Shown piece after piece: positions 22,763 to 34,912 of a stretch of DNA of 64,000 nt (positions are counted from its first letter, which is position 1; every line of letters starts with the position of its first letter). The stretch lies in assembly GCF_964213995.1 (NCBI RefSeq), contig NW_027590119.1, forward strand, positions 2,294,001 to 2,358,000, given 5' to 3'. The position numbers and the translations under genes are program-made. Under the pieces are notes generated by a model. It made no database searches. It was given only the letters and a program-made list of their open reading frames with translations, and had not been told where the DNA came from. Source of the DNA: Mustelus asterias. Its lineage: Eukaryota.

Positions 22763-23339
22763 CTGAATGGAATATTCCACACAACCCCTTCGTTAAACGG
22801 GAAGGAGAAAAGAGAGGCTTTGACCTTTGGATGACCTCATCACCAACTACAGAAACCTTAAAGCTGACCATTCTGTAAAAGTTTAAAAACTTTATTTTTA
22901 TAAAACACAGAGTAAGAAGCAGGTGAAAAGTAACGATGGACGTTGTGACTGACATCAGAAACATTGATTGACCGGATAAACACTCACTACATCACAGAGC
23001 GATCCTCAAACATTAAAGAATTGACCCACAATAAGGAATGAGAGAGCCTTATAAAAAGGGGCAGGAGTTTACACAGAGAGGTGACACCCACAGCTGCTCA
23101 GGATGATGGAATTCAGTTCAGGAAGGGGATAAAGTGAGAAGATTTTGCGATTCAAGACAGAAGTATTGAACAATCTGGAATCAGTGCTTCTCGAGTTTGC
23201 TGACTAGCCGAACACTTCAATTAATCTCATCATAAAAACTCCCAGTGTAAATAACATGGATTTGGCTGACAAATGTTGAAGTGTTGGTTTAGAGCCACAA
23301 GTTTTGACTTCCCATTTGAGCCTGGGGCACCTTTCTGTC

Positions 23340-23620
23340 TCTCTGTTGCTCGTGTCAATGACAGCCAGGTGACGGAGCTGAGGGCTGAATTCAGCTGCGA
23401 ATAACAGGCCTGCGCCCCAGTTGGGAAACTGCCCTGGGCGTTGCACTAATAGAGAGACAGGAAGGCGCTGGAGGACTGACTGGGAAATGGGCCTCCAACC
23501 AATCGGGGCTTGGGAGGGGGGTGACCGAGGCTGATGGTGACGTGACCCTGGGTTCAGTGTCCCTGTGTCCAAAGCGGGGAGTCACAGGAACAGGGGACAG
23601 AGGAGCTGAAGAAACACGAT
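23340..23620. promoter_or_regulatory. Orphan ZNF-type promoter remnant
   Basis: Dyad at 23469-23497, CCAAT, GTGACGTGAC; GC-rich. Confidence 0.5.
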
Positions 23621-26437
23621 TTGTGTCCAGAACATTGTGAACATCCTTTTACTCTGGTTGTCTTTGATCTTCAAGTCATTTTCTGTTTGTTTTAACCATG
23701 TTCTGTTTCATTAATAAACTTTCATCAGTAAAAATATTTGATTTTTCTGGTCTTTTCCTGATGAGATTGATGCACTTTAGGGAAAGTGGGTGAGAGGGGT
23801 TGGCAGGCTCTTTAACAGAAAGTGAGCCTCTCTAAGGTAATTGGCAAAGGAGCCAGAGGGGGAGATGAGATTTTATTTTTGACTCAGTGATGTTAGAAAA
23901 TGGGGTTCAGGGCGTCAATTAATCCTTTCTCCCCTTTTCCCAAACTCTGAAATGATTCCCAGTGATAACCCTTATTGGTGACAGTGGTTAGATTTTATTC
24001 AGTATCAATAAGAGCCGACACAGGCTAATGTCTGAGCAGTCGTATCAAAGTGCAGCAGCATTACCATTACACTCTGGGTAGAAGCAGCATCTCCATGGAA
24101 ATGCTCCCTGCTCTGCCCCAGATGCCATGGCACCAGTCAATGCAATATGTAAAACCTCGACTAATCTCTGTGCTCGGGGAATCCCTTCTTATACTTTGTT
24201 ACAGCACAAAGTCTATGGAGACTGATTTTACCCAATCATTGCCCGGCTAACATTTGAACGGACCAATTACAAAACCTGTCATTGAACCATCTGTATCCGC
24301 CCATGCCATGTCAAACTCTCAAACAATTGTCTTCCCACGCTCCATCCCTGGTACAGGGAGTCAGCATTCCCATGCCAAGTAGGAAAACATGGTGGCCTTG
24401 GCACACAGGTGTCATCCAGGATTCAAGGCACTCTTGTTTTCTCTGTCCTCCGGGAGCTGTTTATCTCCCTGCTCCCACACAGCAAGTCATCTGTTCTCAG
24501 CTCTGCTAGATTTCTGCTGAAGTTTTGCCCATTTTACACCTTTCGGATCAATAAAACATTTGGTCAAAGACCCAAACCACAATTTCCCATCCTGTCACCT
24601 GTCAACCATCCTTACCCAGAGTGTAATCACAACAGGAATAAAAACAGGAGACGTGTAACAATCAAATTCAAAATCAATGCACAGCCAGTCATAGAATTTA
24701 ATCTAATGTTCACTAATTAGCAAGAAAACCCGAAGGAGGGGGTCCCCCAGGATTCTTACAGTCCATACCTTGAGGGGGGAGAACTCTCTCTCTCTGACCC
24801 CTCACTCAATTTCACTCCGTTATTTTCCAGTTCTGTTCTGGCCCTGCCTGGGGTAACATCTACTCGATCTTTTCTTCTGAAGGAGCACCGTGAGTTCTAG
24901 GTTACGAGTACATAAGGACAGATGCTTCAAGCAACAGATCAAGCATGGATGCAAATGATTCTCCAGCTCTCCCTTTACCTGTATCCAACTTGTGGATAGT
25001 TCTTACTCAGTATTATTTCTCCCAAGTGGCTAATTGTCCTAATCTATAATATTATCCATTTTACTTTAATTTTCCTCATGTGCAGTGTGTTTAATTGGAT
25101 CCTGATTGTTTTGAACTCAGTTTCTCTCTGGAGTGTGTGTCAGTGCCTTGATGATGTCACAATGTTGTCTCAATCCCCTGGTCACATTAACCATTTCATC
25201 TCCTGCTGTGTCTCAAGTAGCTGTGTGTGTTTGGGACCCGCTCTTCACTCCATCTCACCATGAATTTAGGCTTGCTATTTTTCACACGTAACAAATCACA
25301 TCTGTACACTCACTCCGGTGTCCCAAAATCATGTCACACATTCTTAACTCTCAGAAGTGTTGATGAAAAGATCAATATGTCTGTCTTTCTTATCTCCTCC
25401 TGTTATAGTGCTGATATTTCATATCGTGGCTGGGCTTTCAAATGTGGATTTCGTTTTAACAGAGTTCATGGACAATGATGTTAAAAGTTCCAAGAGAAAA
25501 TATCCACCTCTTCATCCCATCTCACGTTTTAGAGGTGTTGATGGAAAGGAGGTCATTGATATTGTTAAATATCATAAGAATAAAAAAACTACAAATTCAG
25601 ACAATACTGAGATGTCAATCATTAAGCAGGTTATTGATTGTGGAGTAAAACCATTGACATATTTGCAACCGGTCTTTTCAAACTGGGCTATTTCCCTGTA
25701 AAATGAAAATAGACAAAGTTACTCCATGGTTTAAAGCTGGTGGCAAACGTGATATTACTAATTACAGGAGAGTGTCCTCACTTTTCTTGTTTTTCAGAGA
25801 AAAGGGAAGTCATTTGCTAAATGGTCTGATAATTCCATTGCTCAATGTAACTCACTGTGTAATAGTCAGACCAAGTCGGTCTATCTCATTATCACTGATG
25901 GAATTTGTGGAGAAAATGACGAATGCTGTGGACAAAAAGACAATTTACAATAGAGGTTTCTACTGATCTTACACAGATTTTGATACAATTGACCATGGAA
26001 TATTACTTAAAACACTGGAAACAAGGGATTAGGGGAGTAGTGAATAAGTGGCTCAGACGTTATTTGGAAAATCTCAACAATTTGTAACAGTAGATTATGT
26101 GAATCAGATTTTGTGAATATTCTGTGTGGAGTCTCACAGGGATCTGTTTTGGGCCTTAAATTGTTTATTTTATATATTAATGACATTTGGAATGTATCAA
26201 AGTTATTACAATTAGTTTTGTTTGCAGATGATGCCAATACTTTTTATTCTGTGTGGGATCTTCAAGAGCTTATTGAAAGTGTTAGTGCTGAATTGGAGAA
26301 AATAAAAATATTGTTTGTCAAAAATGAATTGTGACTGACTCTGAGTGGAACGAAGTTTATGTTATTTGGTGAAGTAAATCCCTTGGTTAATATGATAAAC
26401 AATGGCAACATTTACAAAAATAGAAGAGGGGTCAGAC

Positions 26438-26500
26438 CCCTCTGATGAAGGGTCATCGAGACTCAAAACGTTGGCTCTATTCTCTCCCCACAGACAATGT
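26438..26500 (+). mobile_element. Penelope family 2 end with degenerate hammerhead
   Basis: CTGATGA-a-gggtc-atcga-gactc-AAAA-cgtt. Confidence 0.55.
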
Positions 26501-26504
26501 CAAC

Positions 26505-26867
26505 ATTTATTTATTCACGGGATGTGGGTGTCACTGGGACAGCATTTATTGCCCATTCCTAATTGCCCTTGAACTGAGAGGGCAATTAAAGGCAGCCATG
26601 TTGCTGTGGATCTGGAGTAACATGTTGGTCAGACCAGATAAGGGGGTTGGCAGATTTGCTTCCCTAAAGGACATCAGTAAACCAGATGGGTTTTTATGAC
26701 AATCGACAATAATTTCTAATCATCATTAGACATTTAATCCCAGATTTTCATCTAATTTATATTTCACCAGTTGCCACAATAGGATTCGAACCTGGGTCCC
26801 CGGAGCATTACCCTGAGTCTCTGGGTCACTCGTGCTGTGACACTGCCACTACACCATCGCCTCCCCA
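26505..26867 (-). mobile_element. LF-SINE-like SINE
   Basis: Homologous to the other LF-SINE-like copies. Confidence 0.8.
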
Positions 26868-27083
26868 ATATGGAAATATAGTTCTGGGTGTTCTCCTGGA
26901 CCATACCTTTTGTTGGAAACCACACATACAATATATTAAAACAAAATAATCAAAGAGTATTGAAATTCTGAGTAAAACTAAATTTATATTGGATCCACAG
27001 TCATTGTATATTTTGTATTGTTCATTTGAGATGATTCTTCAGAGGTTTGGGGAAACGTTATAAAGCATGAATATTTGGGCAAC

Positions 27084-27375
27084 ATGGCGGCACTGTGGTT
27101 AGCAGTGCTGCCTCTCAGTGCCAGGGACCCAGGTTTGATTCCTGGCTTGGGTCACTGTGTGGAGTCTGCACATTCTCCCTGCGTCTGTGTGGATTTCCTC
27201 CGGCTGCTCCGGTTTCCTCCCACTGTCCGAAAGACGTGCTGGTTAGGTGCATTGGCCATGCTAAATTCTCCCTCAGAGTCACCAAACAGGTGCTGGGTTG
27301 TGGCAACTAAAGGATTTTCACAGTAACCTCATTGCAGTGTTAATGTAAGCCTGTTTGTGACACTAATAAATAAAC
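27084..27375 (+). mobile_element. V-SINE, alternative-tail subfamily
   Basis: HE1 head, V-domain, alternative tail. Confidence 0.85.
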
Positions 27376-27764
27376 ATACTATTATAGTGTCATGTTCAAA
27401 ATAAAGAAATCAGTTCAGTGTAACTTAGGTAAGGGGCCCATTAACTACTCCCACAAGAGACCTCATATCTTTAACATTTCTTATCTCAACCCAAACCGAT
27501 CCTTCATCCTGATCTTTCAGGCTAAGGTGGTAGCTTTGTACTGAACTAATGTCATCGTTAATTAATGGGAGATCCTGTCACCTTTTCCGAACTTGCTGCC
27601 ATTCCATTATGTCAAATACCCTTCAATATTTAGATCCCAGCCTCCGTAACCTTTCAACTAAGTCTCTGTAATGTCTATCAGGACACACACATTTATCTCT
27701 ATCTGCGCTGACAATTCATCCTTTTTGTTACAAATGCTGTGTGCATTTTCAGAGATTCAATAAT

Positions 27765-28005
27765 CTAATAGGGATTTAATGAGAAACCTCTTTATCAGCG
27801 AGTGGTGAGACTGTAGAACTCACTATCACAGCGAGTGGTTGAGGTGAACAGCATGAATACATTGAAGGGGAAGCTAGATACATACATGAGGGAGAGAGGA
27901 ATAGAAGGGTATGCTGATGGGGGGTGAGTGGAGCTCATGTGGAGCATAAATACTGACACAGACCAATTGAGCCGACTGGCCTGGCCCTGTGCTGTAGACT
28001 CAATG
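27765..28005 (+). mobile_element. Old CR1 3' end
   Basis: gagtggtgagactgtagaactcact...ggcctggccctgtgctgta. Confidence 0.6.
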
Positions 28006-28241
28006 GAACAGAGACAAATGTATTTATTTCAGATCTACCTGTAGCGTTAGGAAAAACACTATTTACTCTCCAGGATAAATAAATGTCCCTCATCAGCTTT
28101 TGTGGATAATTTCAGTGGAAATGTGCTCTCCCAGGCTCAAAGAGCATCAGCCCACTGGAAACAAAGTCATGAGACCGGCCAACCCAGCAGAAAGAAACCC
28201 TCCGACCCTCCCATTTCATCACCTGTCAGAATGAACATGGT

Positions 28242-29210
28242 TCAGTCCTGGGTGTGATTAACAGCAGAATCCAATGCTTGGAATCGCTTGTGAATTCGCT
28301 GGTGTCTCAGCAGGTGGGATGATCGTGTGAATCCCTTTCCACATTCAGTGCAGGTAAATGGTCGCTCCCCAGTGTGAAGTCGCTGGTGTGTCAGCAGGTT
28401 AGACAATCGACTGAATCCCTTCTGACACACAAAGCAGTTAAATGGCCTCTCCCCTTTGTGAACTCGCTGGTGTGAAATCAGGTTGGATGAATCACTGAAT
28501 CCCTTGCTGCACATTGAGCAGGTGAATGGCCTCTCCCCGGTGTGGACTCGCTGGTGTGTCTGCAGGCTAGATGCCTGACTAAATCCCTTTCCACACAGTA
28601 AGCAGGTGAACGGCCTCTCCCCAGTGTGAGTTCGCTGGTGTGAAAACAGGTTGGACGAATCACTGAATCCTTTACCACACTCAAAGCAGGTGAAGGAAGC
28701 CTCCCCAGTGTGAAGTTGCTGGTGTCTCAGCAGGTTGGCGGAGTTAGTGAATCCCTTCCCACACACAGAGCAGGGAAATGGCCTCTCTCTGGTGTGAACT
28801 CGCTGGTGTGAATACAGGTTAGATGACTGAGCAAATCCTTTACCACACATGGAGCAGATAAACGGCCTCTCCCCAGTGTGAACTCTCTGGTGTGTCTGCA
28901 GTGTGGATGAATCGCTGAATCCCTTCTCACACATGGGGCAAGTGAATGGCCTCTCTCCATTGTGAACTCGCTGGTGTATCAGCAAGTGCGATGACTGAGT
29001 GAATCCCTTCCCACACTGAGAGCAGGTGAATGGCCTCTCCCCAGTGTGAACTCGCTGGTGTGTCCGCAAGATCGATAACCGAGTGAATCCTTTCCCACAA
29101 TTGGAGCAGGTGAATGGCCTCTCCCCGGTGTGACTGCGTCGATGAATTTCCAGCACTGATGGGGAACGGAATGACTTTTCACAGTCCTCACATTTCCATG
29201 GTTTTTCCAT
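28242..29210 (-). CDS. C2H2 zinc-finger protein (11 fingers, class A); frame stays open upstream to 29357
   Basis: Intact array starting MEKPWKC. Confidence 0.92.
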   Translation of the reverse strand: MEKPWKCEDCEKSFRSPSVLEIHRRSHTGERPFTCSNCGKGFTRLSILRTHQRVHTGERPFTCSQCGKGFTQSSHLLIHQRVHNGERPFTCPMCEKGFSDSSTLQTHQRVHTGERPFICSMCGKGFAQSSNLYSHQRVHTRERPFPCSVCGKGFTNSANLLRHQQLHTGEASFTCFECGKGFSDSSNLFSHQRTHTGERPFTCLLCGKGFSQASSLQTHQRVHTGERPFTCSMCSKGFSDSSNLISHQRVHKGERPFNCFVCQKGFSRLSNLLTHQRLHTGERPFTCTECGKGFTRSSHLLRHQRIHKRFQALDSAVNHTQD

Positions 29211-29719
29211 GATCCGTGTGTCTTTGTCTCTCCTGCAGTTTTCACAATACGTGCACTGGAACACCGTCACTCGGGTTGCACGGGCCTCGATGCTTTTCTG
29301 TTCACACCAATGGTTCACCCAATTCAAACAGCTATACGTTTCTTCTTCCAGATTCAAACCGATGACATTCAGCTGCCATGAATTGAGTGACTGTTAGATC
29401 TTGACATTTCTATCAGTAAATCCTCTCCTTCTAATATCCTGTAAAAAGAATTTACAAAAGTCATCACTGTCAGAACAAGATAGAAATTCAGATCAGACAA
29501 TTCTAATTCATGTGGAACTCTGCAAAGGATGTCAATATCTTTAAGAGAGAGAGAAACCTGGGCCAACCTTTCCAGAGTCTGCAACCTCCCTGGATTCACT
29601 TCCTTTCCCTTCAGTTGCTCCAAGTCCCCAACTTCCCCGAGAATGAGAAAAGAAATGGAAAGGGGGAAACATTGATTTCCTCCCAGATGTTGCCCAGAAG
29701 AGGGAGTTTCACTGAGTCT

Positions 29720-30150
29720 GAATCTGAATCAATCGAACTTCCGCATTGTGACGTCCACAATGGAACCTGCCTGAATGAGCCAATAAGAATCAGTCTCTTC
29801 CGCAATTACGTCATGGTGTTCCAGTGCGCAGGCCCGGGCGCGCGGACCCGGGAGCCCCGCCCCCACCCATTGTTCCCTCTCCCCCTGCACCTCTTCCAGG
29901 CAACCGGCTGGCGGCTCCGGCCACAGCGAGAAGCCGCTCGGTGATCTCCCCCTCCCCCCGGCCCGGGGATTGCGCATGTCCAAGGGAGAGGGGAAACTGC
30001 GCATGTGCGAGGTCGACCGCCTCCTGACCTTCATGCTAGGGTGTTGACCAATGGGAAGAGTTGGAGGACCGGAAGGACTCTGGTCCTCCAGCCAATCAGG
30101 TCTTTGTGGCACTCAGATTGAGCTGCACACAGACTGAAACTTCCTCCTGT
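29720..30150. promoter_or_regulatory. Bidirectional CpG-island promoter of a ZNF pair
   Basis: Paralogue of 15990-16420; dyad at 30062-30090; lies between divergent ZNF genes. Confidence 0.78.
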
Positions 30151-30151
30151 C

Positions 30152-30436
30152 GGAAGGGAGTTATTTTGATGATATGGATTACAGCTTCATATCCCAGATG
30201 AAGCGAGGTACCTAAGTATGTTTTATTCTCCAAACAAGCGATCAGATGACATCGAACTCTGGCGGATAACTAATTTATCACTTATTTCCTTAAAAGAGGC
30301 CAACATCTAGCTCTTATTTTGTACTTTGATTTTTGTTCGGGTTGTTCCCCCTCCTTTTGGGGAGCTGCCCCTTTTACTTTGTCCTGATTTAAGTTGAGTT
30401 TGTTCATTTGTTTTGACCTAAAAGAGGCCAACATCT
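30152..30436 (+). mobile_element. Two tandem short insertions, possibly Tx1-like 3' ends
   Basis: Absent from the paralogue at ~16735; both end TAAAAGAG followed by GCCAACATCT. Confidence 0.45.
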
Positions 30437-30567
30437 GTGAGTTTCTTTTCTCATTCTGGGGGAAATTGGGGACTTGCAGCAATTGAAGGGAAAGGAAGTG
30501 AATCCAGGGAAGCTGCAGACTCTGGAAAGGTTGGCCCAGGTCTCTCTCTCTCTCTTAAAGACATTGA

Positions 30568-31022
30568 CATAGAAACATAGAAGGTAGGAGTAGGAGGAGG
30601 CCATTTGGCCCTTCGAGCCTGCTCCGCCATTCATTACGATCATGGCTGATCATCCAACTCAGTAGCCTAATCCTGCTTTTTCCCCATAACCTTTGATCCC
30701 ATTCGCTCCAAGTGCTTTATCCAGCCATCTCTTGAATACATTCAATGTTTTGGCATCAATTACTTCCTGTGGTAATAAATTCCACAGGGTCACTACTCTT
30801 TGGGTGAAGAAATGTCTCCTCAAATCCATCCTAAATGGTCTACCCTGAATCCTCAGACTGTGACCCCCTGTTCTGGACTCCATCGCGAACATCCTCCCTG
30901 CATCTATCCTGTCTCGACCTGTTAGAATTTCATAAGTCTCTTTGAGATTCCCCCCTCATTCATCTGAACTCCAGCGAAAACAATCCAAACCCAGTCAGTC
31001 TCTCCTCATACATCAGTCCCGC
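30568..31022 (-). mobile_element. CR1 LINE 3' part
   Basis: RHFFTQRVVTLWNLLP motif; ttctatgt tail. Confidence 0.88.
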
Positions 31023-31184
31023 GATTCCCTCAGTGTTCCAGTGACCCGACTGTGGAAAGAGCTTTAACCAGTTACACAGCCTGAAAAAACATCATACCAT
31101 TCACAGTGCGGAGAAATGTACATGTGTTTTGTGTGAGGCTCCAACTGACCGTCCAATCTGGAGAGACAAATGAATAACTGAATC

Positions 31185-32195
31185 ATGGAGAAAGCATGGA
31201 CATATGATGATTGTGGGATGGGATTAATGTTCCCATTTGAACTGGGAAATGATCAATACAGTCACACTGCGGAGGGACCGTTCACCTTCTCCATTTGTGG
31301 AGATGGATTTACTCAGTTATCCAGTCTGTTGACACACCAGCCAGTTCATTCCGGGGAGAGGCCATTCAGATGCTCCATGTGTGGGAAGGAATTTGCTGAC
31401 TCATGTGACCTGCTGGCGCATGAGCAAGTTCACACTGAGGAGAGCGCATTCACCAGGACTGTGTGTGGCAACGGCTTCACTCAGTCATCCCAGCTCACTG
31501 AACATCAACATGTACACAGTGATCAGAGACTTTTTAAATGTTCTGACTGTGAGAAGAGCTTTAAAAGCAAAAAATATCTGCAAATACACCAACGACTTCA
31601 CAGTGGGGAGAGACTGCTCAGCTGCTCTGAGTGTGGGAAGAGATTCGTTCAGTCATCTCAGTTGCTAATACACCAGCGAAGTCACAGTGGGGTGAGGCCA
31701 TTCACCTGCTCTGTGTGTGGAAAGGGATTCACTCAACCACACCACCTTCGGACACACCAGCGAGTTCACACTGGGGAGAGGCCATTCATCTGCTCTGAGT
31801 GTGGGAAGCGATTCACTCACTCATATCAGCTTCTGTTGCACCAGCGAGTTCACACTGGGGAGAGGCCGTTCACCTGCTCTGTGTGTGCTAAGGGATTCAT
31901 TCAGTCATCAGATCTACAGGTGCACCAGCGAGTTCATACTGGAGAGAATCCATTCACCTGCTCCGTATGTGGGAAAAGATTCTCTCAGTCATCGCAACTC
32001 CTGAAACACCAGCAAGTTCTCACTGGAGAGAGGCCATTCACCTGCTCTGACTGTGGGAAGGGATTCACTCAGTCATCCCATCTGCTGAGGCACCAGCGAG
32101 TTCACACTGGGGAGAGGCCGTTCACCTGCTCAATGTGTGGGAAGGGATTCAATCAGTCATCACACCTTGTGACACACCAGCGAGTTCACAAATGA
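31185..32195 (+). CDS. C2H2 zinc-finger protein (12 repeats, about 8 intact)
   Basis: Open 336-aa ORF with degenerate N-terminal fingers. Confidence 0.85.
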   Translation: MEKAWTYDDCGMGLMFPFELGNDQYSHTAEGPFTFSICGDGFTQLSSLLTHQPVHSGERPFRCSMCGKEFADSCDLLAHEQVHTEESAFTRTVCGNGFTQSSQLTEHQHVHSDQRLFKCSDCEKSFKSKKYLQIHQRLHSGERLLSCSECGKRFVQSSQLLIHQRSHSGVRPFTCSVCGKGFTQPHHLRTHQRVHTGERPFICSECGKRFTHSYQLLLHQRVHTGERPFTCSVCAKGFIQSSDLQVHQRVHTGENPFTCSVCGKRFSQSSQLLKHQQVLTGERPFTCSDCGKGFTQSSHLLRHQRVHTGERPFTCSMCGKGFNQSSHLVTHQRVHK

Positions 32196-32896
32196 CTGCA
32201 AGAATTAGATTCTGCTTTTAATCTTATTGAAGACTGAATGTGTGGGTTAATCCTGAGATGTGTAAGAAAGCCACTCTCTTCCATGGTTCAGAGCTCCTAG
32301 GTATGGAACAGAAGCTCTTTACAACTGTGTTTAGAGTCAGGAAGAACAACAGTGAATGCTGGAAACGTGCTGTCAAAGATTGGTGTAAAACTGGGATCTA
32401 TTCCTGACTGAGAGTGAAACGGCAGGTTTAACTTTACAGTCTGAAAATAGTACGAAGATTGAAAATGTTTGTGTGACATTCCTGAACCTACCAATGTAAG
32501 GTAATGATAACATCAAGTTACATTTCTATCTGGAACTTTTAACCGTCTCTCACCTTCCATTGACTTCATTATAATGGAAATTGACTGTTGAAATGTCAAC
32601 ATTAGGAACATATTTATAAATAATTTGAGGGTTCTTTACTGTTGGGATCTTTCTCTGTTCGCTCCACTCAAGGTATTAGATACCAGACTTTCTCCTGTGA
32701 ATATCCAGCTGGAGTATTGGGCGCTGATGTGTTTCCTTGTTCATCTTGTTGACTCTAAATATTGAATCTTGTGGTTTCAGACACCAGATAATCAAACTCC
32801 CAACACCAGATTGTCTTTTATTGACTTTATTAACAGCGCTGCAATAATACAGACAGAGTAATTCCTCACATGGTTCCAGTACTCAGTGAAATACTT

Positions 32897-33268
32897 ATTT
32901 TTTATTCATTCATGGGATGTGGATGTCACTGACTTGGCCAGCATTTAGTACCCACCCTAATTACCCTTGAACTGAGTGGTTTGCTAGGCCATTGCAGAGG
33001 GCATTTAAGAGTCAACCACATTGCTGTGGATCTGGAGTCAAAGATGTGCCAGACCAAGTAAGGACGGCAGATTTCCTTCCCTAAACACATTAGTGAACGA
33101 GATGGTTTTCTTTTACAACAATCGACATGGTCATTAGACTTTTAACTGCAGATTTTTATTGGATTTAGATTTCACCACCTGCTGTGTTGGGATTCGAACC
33201 CTGGTCACCAAAATATTACCTGGGACTCTTGATTAGTAGTCCAGCGACACACAATGCCATTGCTTCCC
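32897..33268 (-). mobile_element. LF-SINE-like SINE
   Basis: Homologous to the other LF-SINE-like copies. Confidence 0.8.
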
Positions 33269-33899
33269 TTTATATGAAATTTATATGTATTTCTGAGCCT
33301 GTAACTTAGGAATGGTGTATTGGTCTGTAATTTTAACAATCTAATTCAATATTCCTTCTTTAATATCCTGTCTACCACTTTCCTTTTGCCTGATCAATTT
33401 GTTAATTGTTATTATTACTGGATTGTCACAGGTTTCCATGTGCTTAACACGATTATTTAGTGTGTACCTGAATTTTATGATTTTTTGATGCAAGTTATAC
33501 AGCAATTCAGCCTTTTGGCTGTGATCCTGTTTCTTGAATGAAATATCATTCGATTTAAAAAGTTACCCAGTCTGGAGAACAGAGATAATACAGTGGATTC
33601 AGAACTCTCTCCTCCCCAGCTCTGATCTAACAAGTTGCAGCTACACTAGAGATATTCATGTTTAAATTGTTCACTACAGTTGTGATCTGACCCTGTTCAA
33701 ACTGTAACCAGAATGATATCTGTGCATTGTTCTGAGTGTGAGCACAAGGTTGTGTCACTGTCACAAACAGATACCATTTCCTTGGTTCATATCTCCACAC
33801 AAAGACCAGCTCTTTACACATCCCCTTTCTGCACAATCACAGCAACATGAGCAAGGATATGAGGCTCATTACTTTTCACCCACATTTCATAATAGCAAA

Positions 33900-34912
33900 G
33901 GCTCCACAGTACAGGAGCACACTGACCGTATAAGAGTCTAATCAGCCTGCAGGTTCCTGTTAAATACAGAGCAATACAGGAACACACTGACAGTGTAACA
34001 CAGTCTCATCAGCCTGCAGGCTCCTGTTAAACATGATGTGGAGATGCCGACGTTGGACTGGGGTAAACACAGTAAGAAGTCTCACAACACCAGGTTAAAG
34101 TCCAACAGCTTTATTTGGTAGAACAAGCCACTAGCTTTCGGAGCACTGCCCCTTCATCAGATGAGTGTTCACCTGACGAAGGAGCAGCGCTCCGAAAGCT
34201 AGTGGCTTGTGCTACCAAATAAACTTATTGGAATTTAACTTGTTGTTGTGAGACTTCTTACTGTCGCCCCTGTTAAACACAGAGCAGTACAGGAACAGAT
34301 ATTCAAGAGGTGGGCTGGATATAGCACTTGGGGCGAATGGGATCAAAGGTTACGTGGAAAAAGCAGGATTAGGCTATTGAGTTGGACGATTGTAAAGAAT
34401 GGTGGAGCAGGCTCGAAGGGGCAAGTGGGCTCCTCCTGCTCCTATCTTCTATGTTTCTATTAACACACTGACTGGATAAAACTGTCTCATGAGCCTGCAG
34501 GCTCCTGTTAAATACAGAGCGGCAGAGGAACACACTGATAGTGTTACACTGTCTCATCAGGCTGCAGGCTCCTGTTAAATACAGAGCGGCAGAGGAACAC
34601 ACTGACAGTGTAACACAGTCTCATCAGCCTGCAGGCTCCTGTTAAATAGAGCTGTACAGGAACACACTGACAGTGTAACACAGTCTCATCAGCCTGCAGG
34701 CTCCTGTTAAATACAGAGCGGCAGAGGAACACACTGACAGTGTAACACAGTCTCATCAGTCTGCAGGCTCCTGTTAAACACAGAGCAGTGCAGGAACACA
34801 CTGACAGTGTTACACTGTCTCATCAGCCTGCAGGCTCCTGTTAAATACAGAGCTGTACAGGAACACACTGACAGTGTAACACAGTCTCATCAGGCTGCAG
34901 GCCCCTGTTAAA
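33900..34912. repeat. ~67-bp minisatellite interrupted by Penelope and CR1 ends
   Basis: Unit cagtgtaacacagtctcatcagcctgcaggctcctgttaaatacagagcggcagaggaacacactga, about 9 copies. Confidence 0.9.
34032..34268. mobile_element. Palindromic Penelope-terminus insertion with two back-to-back hammerheads
   Basis: ~95-bp inverted arms; hammerheads at ~34127-34165 (-) and 34169-34206 (+); TSD cctgttaaaca. Confidence 0.8.

Larger units (their letters stand above)
25490..27070 (+). mobile_element. Decayed L2/Crack-group LINE RT, with nested insertions
   Basis: KVTPWFKAGG..NYRRVS, CGVSQGSVLG.KLFILYIND and LFADD motifs. Confidence 0.75.

Noticed and set aside
33900-34912. CRISPR-like array
   Set aside because: Contiguous tandem units without unique spacers; eukaryotic context; no cas genes
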